The position numbers and the translations under genes were made by a program. A DNA stretch of 64,000 nucleotides from a virus: IMG/VR virus record IMGVR_UViG_3300046787_000129, positions 45,630 through 109,629 of that record, one strand, 5' to 3'. Under the pieces are notes generated by a model that saw nothing but the letters and a program-made list of their open reading frames with translations, had not been told where the DNA came from and searched no databases. How positions within the stretch are numbered: the first letter of the stretch is position 1; each line of letters opens with the position of its first letter. Of the stretch, positions 42,128 to 49,777 are shown piece by piece.

Positions 42128-43006
42128 ATGGGTATGAAGAAGAGTCTTGCAATTGCCACTGGTATCGTACTGCTATCAGCAATCACAGCCCCAGTACAGG
42201 CTGCAGAAAAGCCAACGGTAGCAATTATCGATAGCGGATTCAATACATCACTAATCAATAACGTAGTTGCAGAGGTATGTATTGTAAAGCTTACATATGG
42301 ATGTAACAACGGAAAGCTATTTGATGATTCAGTAGGCTCTACTGGAACCAGCATTCCAATTCTAAAGAACTGGAAGTCAGAATGGGACCATGGAACCAAG
42401 ATGGCTGGTGTAGTTAACCAAGTAAATCCAGATGCAAATGTATTGCTGATTCGAAATGCACTTGTGTTAAAGTCTGGTGCAGTTAATATGGGTGGGGAAA
42501 TTGAATTTGGCCTTGCTCTTGACTGGGTAATTGCAAACAAGCAGAAGTACAACATTCAGGCTGTTTCATTTTCTCGTGGATCAAACGTTAAGACAAAGAC
42601 TGGCGTATGTCCAATTGAAAAGGGGTTGCAGTCTAAGATTGTAAGCCTACAGTCTGCAGGAGTTCCAACGATTATTGCTGCAGGAAATGACAGGGACAAG
42701 GTTAACGTTAGTTATCCTGCTTGTATTCCAGAGGCAGTAGCTATTGGTGGCATCTTCTCTGCTAGCTACACTCCAAAGGTGTGGTCATCATATTATAAGA
42801 CGCTAGGAACAAACGACGGTGTTGCTCTAGACTTCTTTGCCTATGGTAACTTCAAGACCCCTGCTGGTCCTGTAGCAGAGTCTACATCATCTTCAGCAGC
42901 TGCATTTGCAGGGTACTGGAGTAAGGTCTCAAATGGAAATTACTTTGAAACTTATGAAAAACTTTCAAAAAGTACTAGTAATAAATTCATCAATGTGCTA
43001 AACTAG
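42128..43006 (+). CDS. Secreted S8 (subtilisin-like) protease
   Basis: Signal peptide; VAIIDSG (Asp), HGTKM (His), AAGND, SYPAC, STSSSA (Ser, atypical for GTSxA). Confidence 0.8.
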   Translation: MGMKKSLAIATGIVLLSAITAPVQAAEKPTVAIIDSGFNTSLINNVVAEVCIVKLTYGCNNGKLFDDSVGSTGTSIPILKNWKSEWDHGTKMAGVVNQVNPDANVLLIRNALVLKSGAVNMGGEIEFGLALDWVIANKQKYNIQAVSFSRGSNVKTKTGVCPIEKGLQSKIVSLQSAGVPTIIAAGNDRDKVNVSYPACIPEAVAIGGIFSASYTPKVWSSYYKTLGTNDGVALDFFAYGNFKTPAGPVAESTSSSAAAFAGYWSKVSNGNYFETYEKLSKSTSNKFINVLN

Positions 43007-43031
43007 ATTAACAGTATGATATACTGTTAAT

Positions 43032-43463
43032 ATGAAAATATGCGTTAGATGTAATCAGGAAAAAGAATTAGAGCTTTTTGCCAAAGGTAAAAACTATAAA
43101 GATGGAAGACGTGGCACTTGTAAGCAATGTCATTCTAACTATATGGTGGAGTATTACAATAATAACGATGAACAAAGAAAAATTAAAAATAAGATAAACT
43201 CTGGCAAAGATTTTAATTGGAAAAGGCATCGTATTTCTAAAGAATTATTTGAAGAGATGGTTGCAAAATTTGATGGCAAGTGTTATACTTGTAATATAAA
43301 TAAGGCTACAAATATAGACCACGATCATTCTTGTTGTTCTGGACAAAGAAGTTGTGGTAAATGTATTCGTGGCATACTTTGTAGTCAGTGCAATACGGCT
43401 TTGGGATTAGTTAAAGATTCCAAAGAAGTATTACAAAATTTAATACAATATTTAAGCAATTAA
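43032..43463 (+). CDS. Endonuclease VII-type HNH nuclease, probable free-standing homing endonuclease
   Basis: N-terminal CxxC/CxxC; CYTC...IDHDH...IRGILCSQCNTALG; visibly more AT-rich than neighbours. Confidence 0.85.
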   Translation: MKICVRCNQEKELELFAKGKNYKDGRRGTCKQCHSNYMVEYYNNNDEQRKIKNKINSGKDFNWKRHRISKELFEEMVAKFDGKCYTCNINKATNIDHDHSCCSGQRSCGKCIRGILCSQCNTALGLVKDSKEVLQNLIQYLSN

Positions 43464-43467
43464 ATAT

Positions 43468-43538
43468 TGCCCTATAGTTAAAAGGCATAACGAGCGGCTG
43501 TTAACCGCTGATTCTTGGTTCGAGTCCAGGTGGGGCAG
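43468..43538 (+). tRNA. tRNA-Asn(GTT)
   Basis: TGCCCTA/TGGGGCA acceptor; AGCGG-CTGTTAA-CCGCT; TTCGAGT T loop. Confidence 0.92.
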
Positions 43539-43560
43539 CTAATAACTAAATAGAGATCTT

Positions 43561-43634
43561 ATCAGAGTAGAGCAGTTAGGAAGCTCGCCAGGCTCATAAC
43601 CTGGAGGTCGTAGGTTCAAATCCTACCTCTGAAA
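43561..43634 (+). tRNA. tRNA-Met(CAT), initiator-like
   Basis: CCAGG-CTCATAA-CCTGG; 1:72 A/A mismatch; A11-U24; TTCAAAT T loop. Confidence 0.85.
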
Positions 43635-43645
43635 CTAATGGTTCC

Positions 43646-43682
43646 GCTTGCACCACTTCCAGGGTATGGGATAAAAGCAAGC
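43646..43682 (+). ncRNA. Compact pseudoknot-forming spacer element
   Basis: GCTTGC/GCAAGC, ACC/GGT, loop TTCCA pairing with TGGGA. Confidence 0.4.
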
Positions 43683-43685
43683 AAT

Positions 43686-43756
43686 GCGAATGTTGCATAG
43701 TGGTAGTGCCCCATCCTTCCAAGTTGGTGGTGCGAGTTCGATTCTCGCCATTCGCT
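43686..43756 (+). tRNA. tRNA-Gly(TCC)
   Basis: GCGAATG/CATTCGC acceptor; CTTCCAA loop; U73. Confidence 0.92.
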
Positions 43757-43916
43757 CTATAGGCTAATCACCTATACGCATGAGGAAGTTGTTAAATTTC
43801 TCGGTTCTAAGTGACTTTATACTTAGCGTGTAGGTAATCTCACGATATAGGTTCGGGGCTGGTCACCTGTCTTACGGAACGACTCAGGGATATAGATCTG
43901 ATTAATCTGATATCCC
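43757..43916 (+). ncRNA. Unassigned structured RNA
   Basis: ACCTATACGC/GCGTGTAGGT stem enclosing two hairpins; GGGATAT/ATATCCC hairpin; no credible ORF. Confidence 0.45.
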
Positions 43917-43920
43917 ACCT

Positions 43921-43987
43921 GGATAGATGGTGTAATGGCAACACAGCATTGATCAGCAAGTTGGGAGTTCGACTCTCCCTCTGTCCA
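43921..43987 (+). ncRNA. tRNA-like RNA with truncated anticodon arm
   Basis: GGATAGA/TCTGTCC acceptor, GTGT/ACAC D stem, GGGAG-TTCGACT-CTCCC T arm; only 18 nt between D and T arms. Confidence 0.75.
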
Positions 43988-43990
43988 CGA

Positions 43991-44083
43991 CTTATGTCTG
44001 CGGTTCGTAATTGTTCAGCACCTCGAAAGAGATTAAGCCATAAGCCATCAAGGCTCGCCAGAGCCCGTGTATGCGAATCTGGC
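43991..44083 (+). ncRNA. Unassigned structured RNA (three-way junction plus pseudoknot)
   Basis: CTTATG/CATAAG, CTC-GAAA-GAG, GGCTC/GAGCC with GCCAGA/TCTGGC. Confidence 0.4.
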
Positions 44084-44087
44084 ACTA

Positions 44088-44161
44088 GGCTTCATAGCTC
44101 AATTGGTTAGAGCACCGCCCTGTCACGGCGGAGGTTGACGGTTCAAGTCCGTTTGGAGTCG
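44088..44161 (+). tRNA. tRNA-Asp(GTC)
   Basis: GGCTTCA/TGGAGTC; CCGCC-CTGTCAC-GGCGG; G73. Confidence 0.93.
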
Positions 44162-44329
44162 CTCGAAGCATAGGTCTGAACAACTTATGTGTAGATCGTA
44201 TATCTGAAGATTACACTGTTCCAGCCGTGGAGTGAAGGCGTTCAGGCCCACAGACTTTGTGTTGAAGCGAGAACTAGGATATACAGCCAGTAGGAATGAA
44301 CCCTTAACCAAAAGGTGACCATGACTGGC
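44162..44329 (+). ncRNA. Unassigned structured RNA
   Basis: GCATAGGT/ACTTATGT hairpin whose loop CTGAAC pairs with GTTCAG; GCCAGT/ACTGGC stem. Confidence 0.45.
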
Positions 44330-44333
44330 AAAC

Positions 44334-44405
44334 GCCTCCTTAGCTCAGTGGTAGAGCAGCTCACTTGTAATGAGCAGGTCGTCAGTTCAATCCTGACAGG
44401 TGGCT
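44334..44405 (+). tRNA. tRNA-Thr(TGT)
   Basis: GCCTCCT/AGGTGGC; GCTCA-CTTGTAA-TGAGC. Confidence 0.92.
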
Positions 44406-44434
44406 CTGAAACAATTAAATAGAAGGAGGAAATC

Positions 44435-45310
44435 ATGGCCAAGGCACAATTTCCAATTGACGGCAAACTCGGAAAAGATTTTAAAGTCACCTCACTAATG
44501 GGTTATAGAATTCACCCAGTTAAAAAAGTAAAGAAGCACCACAACGGTACAGACATCTGGTCTCCACATGAGCCATGCTGGATCGAAGCTCCATATGACT
44601 GTGTAGTCTTGGAGGCAAAGAAGTCAACTGCACCTGGCGGTGGCTTTGGTAACTATGTAGTTATCCTAATGAAGATCAATGGCAAGTTCTATACTTCGCT
44701 ATTTGCACACATGCAGGATGGCTCTATCAAGGTTAAGAAGGGTCAGAAGATCCCTGCAGGAACTCCACTTGGTAAGATGGGCACTACTGGTATGTCTACT
44801 GGTAAGCACCTCCACTGGGAGCTTCGTCTTGGAAAGGTTCACACCTGGAACGACACTGGCAAGGACTACATTGAGCCTATTGGCTTCTTCAAGGCTCTGA
44901 TTGCTATGGAGGCTTCTATTGCCTCTGCTCCAGTCCTTGGAAACGATACCGTAGTTGCACCAGCACCTACCCACAATGCAGCAACAGCTGCAAAGGTAGA
45001 GGCTGAACGCAAGGGTATTGCTCCAGCAGCTAAGCCTGCTGCTAAGCCTGTGGTTAAGCCAGTTGCAAAACCAGCAGCTGTAGCAAAGCCAGTAGCTGTT
45101 GCCTCTGCAAAGCCTGCCCTAAAGGGAGAGCTTAAGCTAGGAACAAAGAATGGTCTTGTAACTTACCTACAGAAGTCTCTAAAGGTGACTGGAGATGTTG
45201 CTGGAACCTTTGGGCCAAATACAGCGAAGGCAGTGTCAGCACTACAGAAGGCTAATGGGCTGAAGGCTGATGGAGTTGTTGGTCCACTAACTTGGAGTAA
45301 GATTAAATAA
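44435..45310 (+). CDS. Endolysin: M23 peptidase plus peptidoglycan-binding domain
   Basis: HNGTD, GFGNYV, GTTGMSTGKHLHWE; AKP linker; FGPNTAKAV...DGVVGPLTW. Confidence 0.93.
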   Translation: MAKAQFPIDGKLGKDFKVTSLMGYRIHPVKKVKKHHNGTDIWSPHEPCWIEAPYDCVVLEAKKSTAPGGGFGNYVVILMKINGKFYTSLFAHMQDGSIKVKKGQKIPAGTPLGKMGTTGMSTGKHLHWELRLGKVHTWNDTGKDYIEPIGFFKALIAMEASIASAPVLGNDTVVAPAPTHNAATAAKVEAERKGIAPAAKPAAKPVVKPVAKPAAVAKPVAVASAKPALKGELKLGTKNGLVTYLQKSLKVTGDVAGTFGPNTAKAVSALQKANGLKADGVVGPLTWSKIK

Positions 45311-45487
45311 ATGGCAACATATGAATACCAGTGTGTAGAATGTGAAACTAAATTAGTAGTGAGCAGAAGCATATCAGAATCAGATCCTGGATATTTTTGT
45401 GAGACTTGCGGAAATAGAATGAATAGGGTATACTCAATGAGTAACCCTGTTTTCAAGGGTAGTGGATTCTATAGAACGGATAAGTAG
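45311..45487 (+). CDS. FmdB-family zinc-ribbon protein (58 aa, not in ORF track)
   Basis: MATYEYQCVEC...CETCG...FKGSGFYRTD. Confidence 0.88.
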   Translation: MATYEYQCVECETKLVVSRSISESDPGYFCETCGNRMNRVYSMSNPVFKGSGFYRTDK

Positions 45488-45720
45488 TGTCAGAGACAGT
45501 AGAGTGGGTACTTACTGCTAACGATCGTTGCGACAGTTGCGGAGCACAGGCGTACGTCCAGGTAACAGGAGTTACTGGAGACCTTGTGTTCTGCAACCAT
45601 CACTATAACAAGATTATGGACAGTACCACTGGGTACGAGAAGATGATGAATTTTGCTTATAATATTCTTGACGAGAGAGAAAGACTTGTTGAGAATAGAC
45701 TAGTAGGAAGTGACAGATAA
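45487..45720 (+). CDS. Actinobacterial-type small zinc-binding protein
   Basis: LTANDRCDSCGAQAYVQV...FCNHH. Confidence 0.7.
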   Translation: MSETVEWVLTANDRCDSCGAQAYVQVTGVTGDLVFCNHHYNKIMDSTTGYEKMMNFAYNILDERERLVENRLVGSDR

Positions 45721-46124
45721 TGTTTGAATATTTTGTCAAAGAAGTAACCAACGTAGTAGATGGAGATACCATTGACGTTGTAATCGATCTAGGATTCGAT
45801 ATTAGTTTTAGCTCACGTGTACGCCTAGCAGGCATTGATACTCCAGAGTCACGCACTACTGATAAGGTAGAGAAGGCCCTAGGCCTTGAGTCCAAGGAAT
45901 ATCTAAAAAAGACTATTAAGGCTGCAAAGACTGTTGTTATTAAGACTGAGAAGATGGACTCATCTGAGAAGTATGGTCGTATCCTTGGTTGGGTATATCT
46001 AGATGGTTCTGGTAACTCGATCAACAACGAAATGATTGAGAAGGGCTACGCCTGGGGGTACCTAGGAGACACCAAGGTTAAGGACTTTGAAGCACTTGCC
46101 AAAGCACGTGCACTCCACAAGTAG
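45720..46124 (+). CDS. Thermonuclease (SNase-like)
   Basis: VVDGDTID, RVRLAGIDTPE, KYGRILG. Confidence 0.92.
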   Translation: MFEYFVKEVTNVVDGDTIDVVIDLGFDISFSSRVRLAGIDTPESRTTDKVEKALGLESKEYLKKTIKAAKTVVIKTEKMDSSEKYGRILGWVYLDGSGNSINNEMIEKGYAWGYLGDTKVKDFEALAKARALHK

Positions 46125-46135
46125 TATAATTAATC

Positions 46136-46561
46136 ATGGAATATTTACTGGGATCACTTGTAACAGTAGCATTATTCTTTATCACTAGAAGAATCTTTAA
46201 TAGTACAGATAGCAAAGACCGTGACTTTAAGATAGTACATAGTCAGAGTTATGTGTATAGTCTAGTCAAACCACTCCTAAACCTTCAGTATATTGTAAGC
46301 AACAAGACCACTCAGGCATCTAAGTATTTAGATAGCCTATATGTCAGGGTAGTTATTGCAGAAAATAAAGCATACTGGATAACAGGAAATACATTCTTCG
46401 TAGCAGATGAAGAAGATGGTTTCGTTGACAAGGACACTGCAAAACCTGTAGACGTAATGTCTATGGATGATGTACAATTAAAGAAGATGATGTTTATTGT
46501 AGAAACACTCACGGAAGGAGCAGAAGATGAAGATCGCAATTCAGGGAACAAAAAGTTTTAA
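46136..46561 (+). CDS. Hypothetical membrane-anchored protein, leaderless
   Basis: N-terminal TM; TATAAT 5 nt before ATG. Confidence 0.6.
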   Translation: MEYLLGSLVTVALFFITRRIFNSTDSKDRDFKIVHSQSYVYSLVKPLLNLQYIVSNKTTQASKYLDSLYVRVVIAENKAYWITGNTFFVADEEDGFVDKDTAKPVDVMSMDDVQLKKMMFIVETLTEGAEDEDRNSGNKKF

Positions 46562-46877
46562 CGACTACACTATTTTTCTAAGAGCCATGGGCACAGCGAT
46601 GTCCTCTATGACTCCAGAAGATAGAGAGTTAACCATATTTTCTGCAGGACCAATGCAGATTAACTCATTCGGCATGGAGTTTTCTAACATATCTGAGCGT
46701 AGCCTAAAGGCTCGTGGTATCAGAATTAAGTTAGTTAAAGTTCCACCTAGCTGGATAAAGACAAACATTCACGATATAGATTACCTAGCATACTTCAGTA
46801 AGCCAAAGGAGCCACTGTCTGATCTAGTAGATTATGCAGAGGCCAAGGATATTGAAGTCGGAGTCTATAGATATTAA
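46527..46877 (+). CDS. SLOG/DUF2493-like protein
   Basis: MKIAIQGTKSFNDY resembles the GSRxFxDY SLOG start. Confidence 0.45.
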   Translation: MKIAIQGTKSFNDYTIFLRAMGTAMSSMTPEDRELTIFSAGPMQINSFGMEFSNISERSLKARGIRIKLVKVPPSWIKTNIHDIDYLAYFSKPKEPLSDLVDYAEAKDIEVGVYRY

Positions 46878-46928
46878 ACTTAGCAAATAAAGTGTTTGCT
46901 ATATTCAAATAACGAATCAAAAGGAGCT

Positions 46929-47141
46929 ATGATGTTAATCAAGTCTCTAGAACAAATGGAACAGATTGTAAAGAAGAATAAGTCTTTGATCTGGGATGGC
47001 TGGACAGTAGTAAGCCTACAGCCAACACACAATGGCGTCATGTCTAAGGACGGCGTAAAGATAAACGGTCGTTGGTATCTACAGAAGCGTTACGATGCCG
47101 ATACTAATGGATGGAATATACCAGACAATATAGTAGGCTAG
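46929..47141 (+). CDS. Hypothetical protein
   Basis: SD AAGGAG; WDGWTVV. Confidence 0.6.
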   Translation: MMLIKSLEQMEQIVKKNKSLIWDGWTVVSLQPTHNGVMSKDGVKINGRWYLQKRYDADTNGWNIPDNIVG

Positions 47142-47142
47142 T

Positions 47143-47430
47143 ATGGATAAACATGAGTGGAAAGAAAACGCAGCATGTTTAGACCTTGATAGAGACCTAT
47201 TCTTTGATAAGTATGAGGAAGACCTAGAGCTTAGGCCTAAGATAGATGCCCTGTGCTCTAACTGTCCAGTACTTAGACAGTGTTTCGCTGTTGGAATCTC
47301 CCAGAAGGAATGGGGAGTCTGGGGCGGAATCTATGTAGAGAACGGTAAGATCTCTAGAGAATTTAATAGACACAGGACAAAGCAAGATTGGGCTGAAACA
47401 TGGCAAAATCTTACAATGGATTCGGAGTAA
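47143..47430 (+). CDS. whiB: WhiB-family transcription regulator
   Basis: AAC...LFF...CSNCPVLRQC...GVWGG. Confidence 0.93.
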   Translation: MDKHEWKENAACLDLDRDLFFDKYEEDLELRPKIDALCSNCPVLRQCFAVGISQKEWGVWGGIYVENGKISREFNRHRTKQDWAETWQNLTMDSE

Positions 47431-47434
47431 CAGA

Positions 47435-48448
47435 ATGCAAACTACCCAGGTAAACTTAGGGCCAGTAGATACATATAAGTTCTTTGAAGATACTCAGCAA
47501 ATTAGATTGCCAGGTGCAGGCTCATACATAGAGCTTGCTGAATGGAATGCTGCAAACCGTACAACCATAGGTAGCGAAGATAAGGTTCTAAGCCTGATCT
47601 CTGATAACAAAAAACTGGTTGCTACGATGCATGTTTCATTTTATCACTTCTATCTAGATTTTGTTGGAAGAATCATTGAGCAGATAAACAAGCATCCAGA
47701 TACGGAAATCATTATTCATAGGCCACCTAGTGTAAATGAGCCTACTTCTGGAGCCTATGTCTTTGATTCATTCTTGCAGACGCTAGACTCGAAGGGCATC
47801 AAGTATTCTGTTTATAATCTAAGTGACTATAATGTACTAGAGATTAACAATGTATACTTGTTCTCTCACAGTAACGTCCCTAAAAATTATCCATCGGCCA
47901 TCTTTGACTTCTTCTCAGACTATGTTAGAAATCCTGGAATTACTCCGCATAGAGATATATTTCTATCTAGAAGACACATGGGGAACAGGCATTTCGGCAA
48001 TGCCCCAGAGTGGGCATGGGCTAACAATGATAACAGGATAGACAATCATGACAAGATAGAAGAGTACTTTAGTTCAATTGGGTATGAAGTAATCGTTCCA
48101 GAAACCTTAAATAGTTTTGAAGAGCAAATGAATACCTTTTACGAAGCAAGAACTATAGTGTCTACTACTAGCTCTGGACTTACAAACGCTGTATTTATGC
48201 AGCCAGGACAGACTATGATAGAGCTAGTAACACCACTGATGATCCACGTTCCAAAAGAGGGTGAGCCAGCCGAGAATGAGTTTGATCGCTGGACCATCCA
48301 GGAAGAGCTTCACCATTTTTATTCTGTAATAGCACTTCACAAGAAGCACAAGTTTCTAATGCTTGGAAACAAGTATAGAAGCTCTCAGGAAGTTATAGAG
48401 CAAATAGAAAGCGATGAATTCTTGAAACGCTTTATAGTCAGAAAGTAA
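47435..48448 (+). CDS. Glycosyltransferase family 61 (DUF563)-like
   Basis: FYHFYLD, IFLSR, PETLNSFEEQMNTFYEARTIV...SGLTNAVFMQPG..IEL. Confidence 0.8.
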   Translation: MQTTQVNLGPVDTYKFFEDTQQIRLPGAGSYIELAEWNAANRTTIGSEDKVLSLISDNKKLVATMHVSFYHFYLDFVGRIIEQINKHPDTEIIIHRPPSVNEPTSGAYVFDSFLQTLDSKGIKYSVYNLSDYNVLEINNVYLFSHSNVPKNYPSAIFDFFSDYVRNPGITPHRDIFLSRRHMGNRHFGNAPEWAWANNDNRIDNHDKIEEYFSSIGYEVIVPETLNSFEEQMNTFYEARTIVSTTSSGLTNAVFMQPGQTMIELVTPLMIHVPKEGEPAENEFDRWTIQEELHHFYSVIALHKKHKFLMLGNKYRSSQEVIEQIESDEFLKRFIVRK

Positions 48449-49077
48449 TGATGAATAAGTTAATTATTTTTGATCTAGATGGCGTACTCATAGATAGTAA
48501 AGAGATACATTTTAATGCACTAAACCTTGCACTAAAGGAATTTGGAAACGAGTTCATAATTAGCAGGGATGAGCAGAACAGCACGTTTGAAGGGTTGACA
48601 ACCAAGTCAAAGTTAAATATATTAACTAAGACTAAGAATCTTCCAGAAAGCCTGCATTATTATGTGTGGAAGCTAAAGCAGTCATATTCGTCTGCACTAT
48701 TTATGAGCGTATCTGTAGACCAGGAACTAATTAATTTATTTAAGTTTATAAGGTCAAGCGGTATAAAGATTGCAGTAGCAAGTAATAGCATTAGAGAAAC
48801 GCTAGACACTTGCCTGAAATCTCTAGGACTTCTTGACCTTATAGACTATTCATTAAGCAATGAAGATGTAGACTTGCCAAAACCTAGTCCAGAGATGTAT
48901 AATAAAGTTATAGAGCATTTCAATACAACACCAGACAAGGTTGTTATCTTTGAAGATAGTCCTATTGGTCTTATGGCAGCCCAGGCAAGTGGTGCCATGG
49001 TAGAGCCAGTGAGAAATAGATCGGACATATGGTTCGATAGAATACTTAGAGTAGTTGAGGAATTAAATGAAGCCTAA
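48448..49077 (+). CDS. HAD-family phosphatase
   Basis: FDLDGVLIDS, ASNS, KPSPE, FEDSPIG. Confidence 0.92.
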   Translation: MMNKLIIFDLDGVLIDSKEIHFNALNLALKEFGNEFIISRDEQNSTFEGLTTKSKLNILTKTKNLPESLHYYVWKLKQSYSSALFMSVSVDQELINLFKFIRSSGIKIAVASNSIRETLDTCLKSLGLLDLIDYSLSNEDVDLPKPSPEMYNKVIEHFNTTPDKVVIFEDSPIGLMAAQASGAMVEPVRNRSDIWFDRILRVVEELNEA

Positions 49078-49777
49078 CGTAGTGATACCAATGGCAGGTC
49101 TTGGGAGCAGGTTCGCTGAAAGTGGATATGCCCTACCAAAGCCATTGATAAAGATATTTGGCAAGCCAATGATTAAGTTGGTAGTCGATAGTCTGCAGCT
49201 AGATGCTAACTATATATTTATTGTTCAGAAGGAACACAGAGTAAAGTTTCATCTAGACGACGTTCTTGACGAGATTGCTCCAGGATGTAAGATTGTAGAA
49301 GTTGATGGAGTCACCGATGGTGCTGCAAGAACAGTTCTTCTTGCTAAAGATCTTATCGATAATGACACCCCACTCATAATATCAAATTCAGACCAGGTTG
49401 TAGTATGGTCGAGTTTTACTTTCGAGTCTGTACTGGCCTCACACAGCGTTGTAGCCCTATTCCGTGCAGACGATTCCAAGTGGTCATATGCTAAGATTGA
49501 TGAGCTTGGATTAATTTGCGAGGTAGCAGAGAAGAAAGTCATTAGCAACAATGCTAGTGTTGGTATTTATGGATGGAAGACTGGCTCTGACTATGTGAAG
49601 TATGCAGAGCAGATGATATCTAAGGATATCAGGACTAACAATGAGTTCTACATCGCTCCAGTCTACAATGAGGCAATCGCTGACGGAGAGAAAATCATTC
49701 CATACTTTGTAGATGAGATGCACGGACTTGGAACTCCAGAAGACATGAATAATTTTATTAAGGATAAAGTAAAGTGA
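49067..49777 (+). CDS. Sugar-phosphate nucleotidyltransferase-like protein
   Basis: IPMAGLGSRF...LPKPLI, NSDQ, EKKVIS, NNEFYIAPVYN, GTPED. Confidence 0.85.
   Translation: MKPNVVIPMAGLGSRFAESGYALPKPLIKIFGKPMIKLVVDSLQLDANYIFIVQKEHRVKFHLDDVLDEIAPGCKIVEVDGVTDGAARTVLLAKDLIDNDTPLIISNSDQVVVWSSFTFESVLASHSVVALFRADDSKWSYAKIDELGLICEVAEKKVISNNASVGIYGWKTGSDYVKYAEQMISKDIRTNNEFYIAPVYNEAIADGEKIIPYFVDEMHGLGTPEDMNNFIKDKVK

Noticed and set aside
43991-44044. Hammerhead or pistol ribozyme
   Set aside because: Three-way junction lacks CUGANGA and GAAA cores; pistol P1 could not be formed convincingly
43757-44329. tmRNA
   Set aside because: No G3-U70 alanine acceptor and no tag reading frame recognised
43840-44490. 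ORF-track ORFs over tRNA clusters (also 57706-57906 and 60320-60712)
   Set aside because: They overlap clear tRNA genes and give implausible proteins
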